A stretch of DNA of 64,000 nt from assembly GCA_963778655.1 (NCBI GenBank), contig CAVZVA010000011.1, positions 224,001 through 288,000 on the forward strand, given 5' to 3'. Positions 10,671-19,249 of this stretch are shown one piece after another. Within the stretch, counting starts at the first letter, position 1; each line of letters opens with the position of its first letter. The notes below the pieces were generated by a model. It saw only the letters and a list, made by a program, of their open reading frames with translations. It did no database searches and was not told the origin of the DNA. A program made the position numbers and the translations under genes. This DNA comes from an uncultured delta proteobacterium (GTDB taxonomy: Bacteria > Myxococcota_A > Polyangia > Polyangiales > JAFGIB01).

Positions 10671-10773
10671 GCCCTTCTCCTGCCGCCGCCACCCGGACCC
10701 CAACTAGCTACACTGGCACAAGCGCGCGCGTCACGCACCCGGCCTGCCGCAAAAAGGAGCACAAGGCCGCAAA

Positions 10774-10816
10774 GACGCGTCTCCGACGCGCGCGAGCGCT
10801 GTGACGGAGACGCGTC
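10774..10816. repeat. perfect 12-bp inverted repeat (possible terminator or regulatory hairpin)
   Basis: GACGCGTCTCCG (10774-10785) and CGGAGACGCGTC (10805-10816), downstream of the MBL gene. Confidence 0.5.
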
Positions 10817-10931
10817 ATGGGGAGGTGGTGTCCGGGCACGCGCACGCGACCTGTGTCGCTGATTGCGCGGCGCGCACGCTCTTGCTCGCGCGCACGCGGA
10901 TACGCATTCCCTACGCGCTTCCCGGCGCGTC

Positions 10932-12359
10932 TCAGGCTGGAACCGGTCCCGATCGCTGCGCGGCGGCCGCGGGCAGATAGCTGTCCCCGATCTTCCAGGG
11001 CACGATGCGCGTCGGCGCGCCGATCTCAATCAAGTGACTTTCGAGCTGTCCCAGCAGCTCCGACTCTCGAGCACCAGCGCTTCCGATCGCGCCCCACCAG
11101 TGCGCGTAGGGCAAGACGTGACGCGCGCCGACGATGCCGCATACCGCGGCGACGCCGGACGGGCCGAGCGTGAGCACGTCGCGCGTCATGCTGGCAAAGC
11201 GCCGCATCTGGTCGGCGCTCAGCGAGAGCCAGTAGTGTCCCGCCCCGGTGATGTACAGCGGGTTGCCGACCGAGAGCGCGCGCAGGTTGCTCGCGAGCAG
11301 GTCGATGCGCCCGAAGCGGGCGCGGACCTCGTGCGCCACCTCGGTCATGGCGCCCATGAAGTCCGCGCCGGAGTCGATCAGAAACCACGACAGGTATGAC
11401 TCGTGGCGCACCACGTAGGTGTTGCCGGCGTTGCGCAGCACCGGGGAGCGCGGTGCCTCTCTCAGCAAGGGCTGCTCGCCGAAGAACGGCAACGCGTGCA
11501 GCTCGAGGTCCCCGATGCGCAGCGGCGGATCGCCCCAGCCCATCGCGTGCACCTGGCGAAACCCGAGCGCGCGCAACGTGGCCGCGAAATCCGGCGACAA
11601 CAGCGAAGGCCGCTGCACGCGCGGAACGACAATCGGGGTATCCGCCGAAAACGACATCAAGGTCGGCAGGTGCCAGTGATCGTGGTGGCCGTGAGAGATC
11701 ACGATCGCATCCACCAGCCCTTCGAGCTGAGCGCGCAGGAACCCTGGACCAACGTCATCCGGCTCGTACCAGGAGTGGAAGTGCGGATCGACCAGGATGC
11801 CCGCGCGGTTGCCGCGGTAGAGCAGGCCCGCGTGCTGCAGGCGGGTCACGCCGGGCCGCACCGCGGTCGCCAGCTGCAGCGGCGGCGCCGGCTCGGCGGC
11901 GGCGACCACCCCTGCCTCGAGCAGCGCGGCGAACAGGGACACGGCGAGCCCTTCGCTCTTGCCGTGGATCTCGGCCTCGCTCAGGCGTGCGGCGCCGCAG
12001 CGAGACAGCAGCGCGGCCACGTCGCTTGCCTCGAGCGGATCGAGCGCAAGCGTCAGGCTCCGCGCTCCGCGCTCGAAGGTCATGCTGTGCGGCAAGACTT
12101 CGGCCGGAAACGTGAGCTCGTCCTTGAGCGCGAAGTCGCGTTCGATCGCTGCATCGTTGTCCCAGGGTCCGAACGCATCGAAGGCCGCGGGATGAGTCGC
12201 AGCGGCGCTTCGCACGGCCTGGCTCAGCGGCCTTTTCAAAGCCAGCTCGCGCGCCGCGTCGACCACGAAGCCGGACAGCGCGGGAATGCGGACATCCGCG
12301 GTCCGAAACACCGCGCTCATGCGGCTACCGCGCGAAAACCACACGGGTTTGCCGCCCAT
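10932..12359 (-). CDS. metallo-beta-lactamase-fold metalloenzyme with N-terminal extension; probable RiPP tailoring enzyme
   Basis: QHAGLL..ILVDP, HxHxDH (SHGHHDH), PFFGEQP, FLIDSG, PYAH; head-to-head with the precursor gene; alternative start 12320. Confidence 0.75.
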   Translation of the reverse strand: MGGKPVWFSRGSRMSAVFRTADVRIPALSGFVVDAARELALKRPLSQAVRSAAATHPAAFDAFGPWDNDAAIERDFALKDELTFPAEVLPHSMTFERGARSLTLALDPLEASDVAALLSRCGAARLSEAEIHGKSEGLAVSLFAALLEAGVVAAAEPAPPLQLATAVRPGVTRLQHAGLLYRGNRAGILVDPHFHSWYEPDDVGPGFLRAQLEGLVDAIVISHGHHDHWHLPTLMSFSADTPIVVPRVQRPSLLSPDFAATLRALGFRQVHAMGWGDPPLRIGDLELHALPFFGEQPLLREAPRSPVLRNAGNTYVVRHESYLSWFLIDSGADFMGAMTEVAHEVRARFGRIDLLASNLRALSVGNPLYITGAGHYWLSLSADQMRRFASMTRDVLTLGPSGVAAVCGIVGARHVLPYAHWWGAIGSAGARESELLGQLESHLIEIGAPTRIVPWKIGDSYLPAAAAQRSGPVPA

Positions 12360-12442
12360 GGCTGGATACGCCTCCCGGCGCGCTTGCGGAGATTGACGCC
12401 GTGCGCCGAGTCACGCTAAAGAGCCCTCAGGAGGCTGTCAAC

Positions 12443-12736
12443 ATGGGCATTACGCGTGACATCGTCGCCAAGGCCACCAAGGACGAGGCGTTTCGCAAGC
12501 GCCTGCTGGCAGATCCAAAGGCCGCGATTGAGAAGGAATTCGGCGTCAGCCTTCCGGCCGAGGTCAAGGTGCAGGTCCACGAAAACTCGCCGTCGATCGT
12601 CAACCTGGTGCTTCCGGGTGCGGCGCAACTGCAGCGCACGCTATCGCCCGAGGAGCTGGATCAGGTCTCGGGCGGAATGGCGAGGAAGAAGCCGATGATC
12701 TTCGTCACGCTTCCGTGCACCGACACGATGTGCTGA
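12443..12736 (+). CDS. NHLP-leader lanthipeptide precursor (LanA): 78-aa leader, 19-aa core
   Basis: RBS AGGAGG upstream; leader DEAFRKRLLADPKAAIE...VQVHEN...LVLP...LSPEELDQVSGG with double-Gly site; Thr/Cys core MARKKPMIFVTLPCTDTMC from 12677. Confidence 0.92.
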   Translation: MGITRDIVAKATKDEAFRKRLLADPKAAIEKEFGVSLPAEVKVQVHENSPSIVNLVLPGAAQLQRTLSPEELDQVSGGMARKKPMIFVTLPCTDTMC

Positions 12737-12751
12737 GCGCGCGGCGCGCGG

Positions 12752-15700
12752 CTACTGCAGCAGCAGCGGCTCAGGCAGCGGTTGCTCGGGCGCTGCCAGG
12801 CGCAGCAGCACGTGACCCACGCCGGCCAGACCTTGGAACAGGCTTTGGCAACGTAGCTGCCCCGCCGCGGCTTGCCCCAGCGTGAAGCCGCCCCGGCGCT
12901 GCGCCTGCGCGAGCGACTCGCGCGCAAGCACCCGGGCGCGCTCGAGCAAGTCGGGCCGCCGCAGACGTCTGGCCGCGGTCGCCAGGATCTCGATCCTGCC
13001 CATGTCGCCGCAGCACAGCTGCTGCAGCGCGGCGCTCGAGGGGCGTGCGGCCACCTGCAGCCCGGCCTCGATCTCGGCGCGCGTCTCCGGGTCGTCGAGC
13101 GCGGACAGGCTGGCCACCCGGGCGAGCGCGATCCCAGGCCCGCCGTGACACCACGCCGCCGGAAAGCGAGGAGGCCCGTCGTAGCGCAGGTCGGGCCAGT
13201 CGCCCGGGTCGGGCAGAAACTGGGCGCGCTCGAAGCGCACCAGCGCGCGCGCGGCGTCGAGCAAGCGCGAATCGCCGCTGGCCGCGTGAAGCCGAGACAG
13301 GGCATAGGCCACGCCGGCCGCCCCGTGCGAGAAGCCGCTGAGGCGCTTGCCGTCCCGCGTCCGCAGCGCGAGCTGGCCGGGACCTGCGGGCTCGAGCGCG
13401 GCTGCGAGCCGCTCGCCGCAGCGCAGGGCCGTGGCCAGCGCCGGCGAGCTCCCGCAGACCTCGTGAAGGCGCAGCGCACCGAGCAGCGCGCCGGCCGAGC
13501 CCCAGGTCACGTCGAGGCCGTCGTCCGCGTCGATCCGCGCGGGCGTGATCAGCGCGCACGCCGCCGCCGCCGCTTCGAGCAGCTCGGCTCGACCCAGCAG
13601 CGCGCCGATGCTGGTCAAGCCGTAGACCAGCGAGCCCAGCCCGGAGAAGCCGCCGATGCCCATGAAGTCGGCGGTCTGCTCGGGTGCGTGCTCGAGCTCC
13701 GCAAGCAGAGATCGGATTGTGCCCAGCGCGAAGCGCTGCATGCCCGAGCCCGGCAGCAGGCGCTCGACCGAGGCGAGAAACAACCCGATCCCGAGCGCGC
13801 CGTCGTACAGGTCACCGCCCACCACCGCCAGATCGCGGCGCGGATCGTCGAGCAGCGCTTGCTGGGACAGAGCCGGTTGCAGCCACGATAGGCTGCCGTC
13901 CTCGCCGTGGATGGCTCCACCGACGATCGCCCGCGCGATGGCCAGCGCGCGATCCGCGTCTTGCTCGGGTGCGGGCCCGAGCGCGGCCGGCGAGCCCGGA
14001 CGTGGCGCCACGCCGGCCACCGGCGTGGGCTCCGCCTGGGCCGCAGGAGCGCGCGAGCGCAGCGACGAGCGGATGAAGTCGGTTTGCAGCGCGAGATCGA
14101 GCTCGTCGAGCGAGCGCAGCCGCTCGAGCACCGCGGCATGCGCCGATGGGTCGAACCAGCCCGGGATGACGCGCGCGGTGGGCGCGAACAGCGCGTCGCC
14201 GCCCGCCACCGCCGAGAAGTACGGGACGTCGCCGCGCTCGATCGCTTCCCGTTCGGAGGCCCAGATCTCGGCCCAGCCCAGGCGGCCGTCGCTGCGCTGG
14301 CCGAGCACGGCGGCCTGGGCCAGCTGCTCGATCTGAAGGCCGCGCTCCACGCCGTCGCGCAGGCAGCGCGGATCGCGCAGCAGCTCGAGCAGCGTCACGT
14401 AGACCGTGGTGTGCCGATACACGAAGCGTACCTGCACCGCGGCCAGTCGCTGCAGCGGCCCGTCCGCGGCGAGCAGCGCGCCGCGCTGCTGCATCAAGAA
14501 GCGGTAGAAGGTCTGGAACCCCTCCACCAGCGCCGCTTCATGCTCGTAGACGCGCAGCGGCCGGCCGTCCGTCATCGCGGCGCGCGGCGGCGTGGTCTTT
14601 TCGCGCGGACCGCTGGTGAGCCGCATGAGGTCGGTGTTGACGCAGGCCCAGCGCCGCGAGCTCAACACCCGCTCCTGCTCCGCGTCCGCGCCCAGCGCGC
14701 TGCCGTCGAACAGCTGTCCCGGAACGCTCCAGCGCGACCAGACGGGCAGAAAGTAGCTGGCGAGCACCGAGCCCAGCAGCCGCGCCTCGGCCAGGCGCGC
14801 CGCATCGGTGAGGTGGCCGGCGCCGCGAACGGGCGGCGAGAGCAGGGTCTCGAGGTCGATCAGCACGGGGTGATCGCCGGCTGCGATCACGTTGTCGGCG
14901 TGGCAGTCGGTACCGCGCAACAGGTAGATCACGCACAGCAGCGCGCCCGCGTTGCGGAAGTAGAGCCTCGCCTCGCGCTGGTCGCGACACGCGGCGTGCT
15001 CGATCAGCTCCGCCCAGCCGTAGCCAGGCCGGAGCAGCACGCGCGCGCTGTGCAGATCGGCTGGAGCACCGGCAGCCCGCAGCCACGCCAGCAACTCGTT
15101 CCACGCCAGCTCGATCGCGGAATCCCGCGGCTTGTACACCACGCCTCGGCCCGAGGCGAAGCGCAGCACGCTCACGCTGCGCAGGCCGCCGTGCGGGTCC
15201 GACAGCGAGGGCCGAACCGAGGTCACTTGCAGATCGCCGGCGATCCCCAGCCGGCTTCCGAGGTCTGCGGCGTCGGCCCGGAAACGGCACAGCAGCTCGC
15301 CGGTCGCGTCGACCCACAGCTCCGAGGTCTGCACCAGCACGCGCGCCAGCACGCTGTACTCCTCGAAGAACCCGAGCAGCCCACCGGACAACAGCCGTGC
15401 GACCAGCGCGTCGTACACGCGGCGCGACGGCTGGGGCTCGAGCAGGGCGTCGAGCGCCGAGCCCTGCTCGGTCAGGGCCAGCGACAGCTCGATGGCCAGG
15501 GCGCGCGCCGCGCGCACCGAGAGCCAGCCGAGCAGCTGGCGCTCCAGGCTGGCGTGCGCAGCCGGCGCGAAGCCCTGGTAGGCGGCGCCGGCCCGCTCTT
15601 GACAGCGAGCGCGCGCCCAGTGCACGAAGGGCATCAGGATCTCTTCGAATGCGATGGGCTGGTGTGCGTCGAGACAGCGGTCGGATCGCACAACCGTGCC

Positions 15701-15991
15701 TGCGGCGCGCAGGATCTCGCCGAGCACGCTTGCCCACGCCGGCAGCTCCGCGTCGCGCGCCAGCGCGGCGGGACCAACCGCGCGCCGAGCGCCCGCGTCG
15801 TCGAGCCCGTCCCAGCTAAGACGCATGCGAAAGCCCTCGCGGTCGCCCTTGGCGGCGGCGTCCAACCACGCCTGTTCGCGCTGCGCGATCAGCTCGTCGG
15901 CGTCCGCATCACTCGCGGCGACGAAGGCCGGGGTGGCACGCTCCAACAGCGAGCTCGCCCTCGCCGCGATCGCGCGCAACACCTCCTCCAT
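12752..15991 (-). CDS. lanM: class II lanthipeptide synthetase
   Basis: Dehydratase motifs SDPH, VVYKPR, GWAE, TDCHADN, IDLETL, RFVYRHT; cyclase motifs DLYDG, GFSHG, WCHG, LCCG; start placed at MEEVLRAIA (1079 aa). Confidence 0.93.
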   Translation of the reverse strand: MEEVLRAIAARASSLLERATPAFVAASDADADELIAQREQAWLDAAAKGDREGFRMRLSWDGLDDAGARRAVGPAALARDAELPAWASVLGEILRAAGTVVRSDRCLDAHQPIAFEEILMPFVHWARARCQERAGAAYQGFAPAAHASLERQLLGWLSVRAARALAIELSLALTEQGSALDALLEPQPSRRVYDALVARLLSGGLLGFFEEYSVLARVLVQTSELWVDATGELLCRFRADAADLGSRLGIAGDLQVTSVRPSLSDPHGGLRSVSVLRFASGRGVVYKPRDSAIELAWNELLAWLRAAGAPADLHSARVLLRPGYGWAELIEHAACRDQREARLYFRNAGALLCVIYLLRGTDCHADNVIAAGDHPVLIDLETLLSPPVRGAGHLTDAARLAEARLLGSVLASYFLPVWSRWSVPGQLFDGSALGADAEQERVLSSRRWACVNTDLMRLTSGPREKTTPPRAAMTDGRPLRVYEHEAALVEGFQTFYRFLMQQRGALLAADGPLQRLAAVQVRFVYRHTTVYVTLLELLRDPRCLRDGVERGLQIEQLAQAAVLGQRSDGRLGWAEIWASEREAIERGDVPYFSAVAGGDALFAPTARVIPGWFDPSAHAAVLERLRSLDELDLALQTDFIRSSLRSRAPAAQAEPTPVAGVAPRPGSPAALGPAPEQDADRALAIARAIVGGAIHGEDGSLSWLQPALSQQALLDDPRRDLAVVGGDLYDGALGIGLFLASVERLLPGSGMQRFALGTIRSLLAELEHAPEQTADFMGIGGFSGLGSLVYGLTSIGALLGRAELLEAAAAACALITPARIDADDGLDVTWGSAGALLGALRLHEVCGSSPALATALRCGERLAAALEPAGPGQLALRTRDGKRLSGFSHGAAGVAYALSRLHAASGDSRLLDAARALVRFERAQFLPDPGDWPDLRYDGPPRFPAAWCHGGPGIALARVASLSALDDPETRAEIEAGLQVAARPSSAALQQLCCGDMGRIEILATAARRLRRPDLLERARVLARESLAQAQRRGGFTLGQAAAGQLRCQSLFQGLAGVGHVLLRLAAPEQPLPEPLLLQ

Positions 15992-16087
15992 GCGCTGCAG
16001 CGTAGACCGAAGTCCGGACGGCGCGCGTGCCAAAACGCGACGCGACCGCGTGAAAGCGCGCCGAGCGCGCGAAAGGTGGACGCGGCG

Positions 16088-17791
16088 ATGCGACTGTCCA
16101 GCTTGCTGATCCCGGGCGATCCCGGCCCGAGCCAGGCGGGCGACCTGCTCGCGCGCTCCGGGCTCACCCACCAGCTCGCCCCCGGGCTGTTCAGCCTGCT
16201 GCCGCTCGGCCGGCGCATGCTGCACAAGCTGAGCGCGATCCTGCGCCTGCAGCTGGAAGCCGCAGGGGCTCAGGAGGTCGCGATGCCGTTGCTGCAGCCG
16301 GAAGCGCTGTGGACGCGACCCCAGCTCGGCGGCGTCTCGCGCGCCGAGCTGTTCGGCTCGCAGCTGCTGCGCGCACAGGGCGCCGATGGGACGCGCTGGG
16401 TGCTGGCGCCGACGCACGAGGAAACGGCAGCGATCGTTGCGGCGGCGTGCGTTCGCGAGGCGCGCGACCTGCCGCGCATCCTGTATCAGATTCAACCGCG
16501 ATTTCGCGATCAGCCGGCCTCGCTGCGCGCGGGGCTGCTGCGAACTCGCGAGTTCGTGATGGGCGACGCATACAGCTTCGACCGCGATCGCAGCGGGCTC
16601 GATCGAAGCTATGCGGCGCTGCGCGACGCCTTGCTGGGCTTCGCCGCGCGCTGCGGGCTCGAGGTGGAGCTGGTGGCCGCAGACGCCGCCGCGATGGGCG
16701 GCACGGACTCCGAAGAGCTGATCGCGCCGCTACCCCGCAGCACGAACGCGGCTGCGCTGCGCTGTGGCGCCTGCAGCTACGCCGCCAGCAGCGAGATCGC
16801 GCAGCGCGAGGAAGCGAAGGCGGTGCCCTCCAGCGCGCTTCCGCTGCAAGAAGTGGCGCTGAGCCACCAGCAGGCCGCGGCGGAGGCGGAGCCGGCGCGG
16901 CGCCTGGTTTGCCTGCCGTTTCTGGCGGGGGCTCGGGTGGTGCTGGCGGTCTTGCCGGCAGACCGCGCGCTCAATCGCGCAAAGCTGGAGCGGACGCTGC
17001 TGCGGGCCGGTATCGCCGCGCCCGATCTGCGCGCAGCGTCCGCGGCCGAGCTGAGCCGACTCGGTGCGAGCTACGCCTGGATCTCGCTGGTCGATACCCC
17101 CGCGTCGATCCTGGTGGTGGGCGACCGCACGCTGCAGGCGCGCGCCAACTTCTGCTTTCCTTCGCCGAAGACGGGTCATCACTTCCTCAACCTCAACTGC
17201 GGCCGCGATTTCCGCGTCGACCTGTTCGCGGACCTGTCCGCGGCCGACGAAGGCGCACCGTGTCCGCGCTGCGGGCGCGCGCTGCGAGCCATCCATGGCA
17301 GCGAGGTCGGTCACATCTTCAAGCTGGGCGCGAGCTACAGCGCGAGCTTCGGCGCCTGTCTATCAGACGGCGCGCCGCTGCAGATGGGCTGCTACGGCGT
17401 TGGTCTGACGCGCATCATGGGCGCGCTGGCGGAGCAGCGGCGCGACGCGCACGGGCCGGTCTGGCCGATCAACGTGGCACCCCACGTCGCCAGCGTCAGC
17501 GCCGCCGCCGCGGGCCAGCGCGAGGTGGCGGAGCGCTTGTACGCCGAGCTGTGCGCGGCGGGCATCGACGCGCTGCTGGACGACAGCGAGGCCACGCCCG
17601 AGCACGCAGGCGCGCAGCTGCGCCGGCTCGGCATCCCGCTTGCGGTCGTGGTGCGCGAAGACGCAGGCGGACGCGTCGTCGCCGAGCTCGGCGAGCGCGC
17701 GGGCGCCGAGCGCCACGCGCTCGAGCCATCCGCCGTGCTCGATGCATTGCGAGATCGGGTCGGGCGCGCGAGCCGCGCGCCGGACCACTAG
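16088..17791 (+). CDS. divergent prolyl-tRNA synthetase paralogue (bacterial-type, with INS domain)
   Basis: APTHEE, YQIQPRFRDQ...GLLRTREFVMGDAYSF, EVGHIFKLG, MGCYGVGLTR, WP..VAP; 567 aa from ATG 16088. Confidence 0.88.
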   Translation: MRLSSLLIPGDPGPSQAGDLLARSGLTHQLAPGLFSLLPLGRRMLHKLSAILRLQLEAAGAQEVAMPLLQPEALWTRPQLGGVSRAELFGSQLLRAQGADGTRWVLAPTHEETAAIVAAACVREARDLPRILYQIQPRFRDQPASLRAGLLRTREFVMGDAYSFDRDRSGLDRSYAALRDALLGFAARCGLEVELVAADAAAMGGTDSEELIAPLPRSTNAAALRCGACSYAASSEIAQREEAKAVPSSALPLQEVALSHQQAAAEAEPARRLVCLPFLAGARVVLAVLPADRALNRAKLERTLLRAGIAAPDLRAASAAELSRLGASYAWISLVDTPASILVVGDRTLQARANFCFPSPKTGHHFLNLNCGRDFRVDLFADLSAADEGAPCPRCGRALRAIHGSEVGHIFKLGASYSASFGACLSDGAPLQMGCYGVGLTRIMGALAEQRRDAHGPVWPINVAPHVASVSAAAAGQREVAERLYAELCAAGIDALLDDSEATPEHAGAQLRRLGIPLAVVVREDAGGRVVAELGERAGAERHALEPSAVLDALRDRVGRASRAPDH

Positions 17792-17914
17792 GGCTCGACG
17801 TCGAAGAGCCGCGCCGGCACGGGCTTGCGCCCGCGCGACCGCGGGCTCTAGATAAGCTGGTACGGCGCGCGCTGGCGCAGCCCACGCCCGGTCTACGCGC
17901 GAAGGTGACTTGTG

Positions 17915-19249
17915 ATGAGCGACCTGCTCGCAGCGCGCTTGCAAATGGCCGTGTCGCTCGGCTTCCACATCGTGTTCGCGTGCATCGGCATGACCATGCC
18001 GTGGCTGATGGCGGCCGCCGAGTGGCGCTGGCTGCGCACGCGCGACCCCGTCTACCGCCGGCTCGCCCGGACCTGGGCGCGCGGCGTGGCGGTGTTCTTC
18101 GCGGTGGGAGCGGTCTCGGGCACCGTGCTCTCGTTCGAGCTGGGGCTGCTGTGGCCGCGCTTCATGCGTCACGCCGGCCCCATCATCGGGCTGCCGTTCT
18201 CCTGGGAGGGCACGGCGTTCTTCGTGGAGGCGATCGCGCTGGGTCTATTCCTGTACGGCTGGGATCGGCTCTCGGAGCGCGTCCACTTCGCCTCCGGGCT
18301 GGTGGTCGGGGTCTCCGGCGTGGCCTCAGGCGTGCTGGTGGTCGCCGCCAACGGCTGGATGAACACCCCCAGCGGCTTCCGCTGGGTCAACGGCCGCGCG
18401 CTCGACGTGGACCCGGTTGCGGCACTGTTCAACCCTTCATGGCCGACCGAGGCGCTGCACATGGTGATCGCGGCCTTCGTCAGCACCGCGTTCGCGGTGG
18501 CGGGCGTGCACGCGGCGCGCCTGCTCGCGCGGCCGCACGACCGCCTGCACCGGCATGCGCTGCGCATCGCACTGGCGCTGGGAGCGGTCGCGGCGTTACT
18601 GCAGCCCCTGAGCGGTGACCGCAGCGCCAAGCACGTCGCGCGCACCCAACCCGCCAAGCTCGCCGCGATGGAGGCGCTGTTCCACACCCAGCGCGGCGCG
18701 CCGCTGCTGATCGGTGGTATCCCCGACGTGCGCGGCGAGCGCGTGCGCTTCGGGATCGAGATCCCGGGCGCGCTGAGCTGGCTGGCCAAGGGCAATCGGG
18801 ACGCGCAAGTGCAGGGGCTCGATGCGCTGCGCCCGGATCTGCGGCCGCCGGTGTGGCCGTGCCACTTCGCGTTCCAGCTGATGGTGGGCGCCGGCAGCTG
18901 GCTCGCGCTGTTCGGGGCCTTTGCGCTGTGGCTGCGCGTGCGCGCGCCCGAGCGGCTGTACGGGCGCGGCTTCTTGCGCGCCGCCGCGCTCTCCACACCG
19001 CTGGGTTTCTTGGCGGTCGAGGCGGGCTGGGTGGTGACCGAGGTGGGGCGCCAGCCCTTCATCGTCTACGGCATCATGCGCACGCGCGACGGGCTGACGC
19101 CCATGCCGGGCGTGGTCTTCACGCTGGCGGCGGTCAGCGCGGTGTACCTGCTGCTGACCGCGGTGCTGGTGCTGGTGATGCGCCACCTGGTGCGCGCCAG
19201 CGAGGACGCGGCGGACGCCGAACCGGGCTCGGAGGTCGGCAGTGGCTGA
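17915..19249 (+). CDS. cydA: cytochrome bd ubiquinol oxidase subunit I
   Basis: ARLQMAVSLGFHIVF, GAVSGTVLSFE, EGTAFFVEA, ANGWMNTP, QPAKLAAMEA, GWVVTEVGRQP. Confidence 0.95.
   Translation: MSDLLAARLQMAVSLGFHIVFACIGMTMPWLMAAAEWRWLRTRDPVYRRLARTWARGVAVFFAVGAVSGTVLSFELGLLWPRFMRHAGPIIGLPFSWEGTAFFVEAIALGLFLYGWDRLSERVHFASGLVVGVSGVASGVLVVAANGWMNTPSGFRWVNGRALDVDPVAALFNPSWPTEALHMVIAAFVSTAFAVAGVHAARLLARPHDRLHRHALRIALALGAVAALLQPLSGDRSAKHVARTQPAKLAAMEALFHTQRGAPLLIGGIPDVRGERVRFGIEIPGALSWLAKGNRDAQVQGLDALRPDLRPPVWPCHFAFQLMVGAGSWLALFGAFALWLRVRAPERLYGRGFLRAAALSTPLGFLAVEAGWVVTEVGRQPFIVYGIMRTRDGLTPMPGVVFTLAAVSAVYLLLTAVLVLVMRHLVRASEDAADAEPGSEVGSG

Noticed and set aside
13907..16087. Apparent 1294-aa ORF giving ProRS a long N-terminal extension
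   Set aside because: The extension is antisense shadow of lanM; ProRS similarity begins at ATG 16088
15992..16495. N-terminal extension of LanM in the ORF track
   Set aside because: Antisense to the ProRS gene; LanM-like sequence starts near MEEVLRAIA
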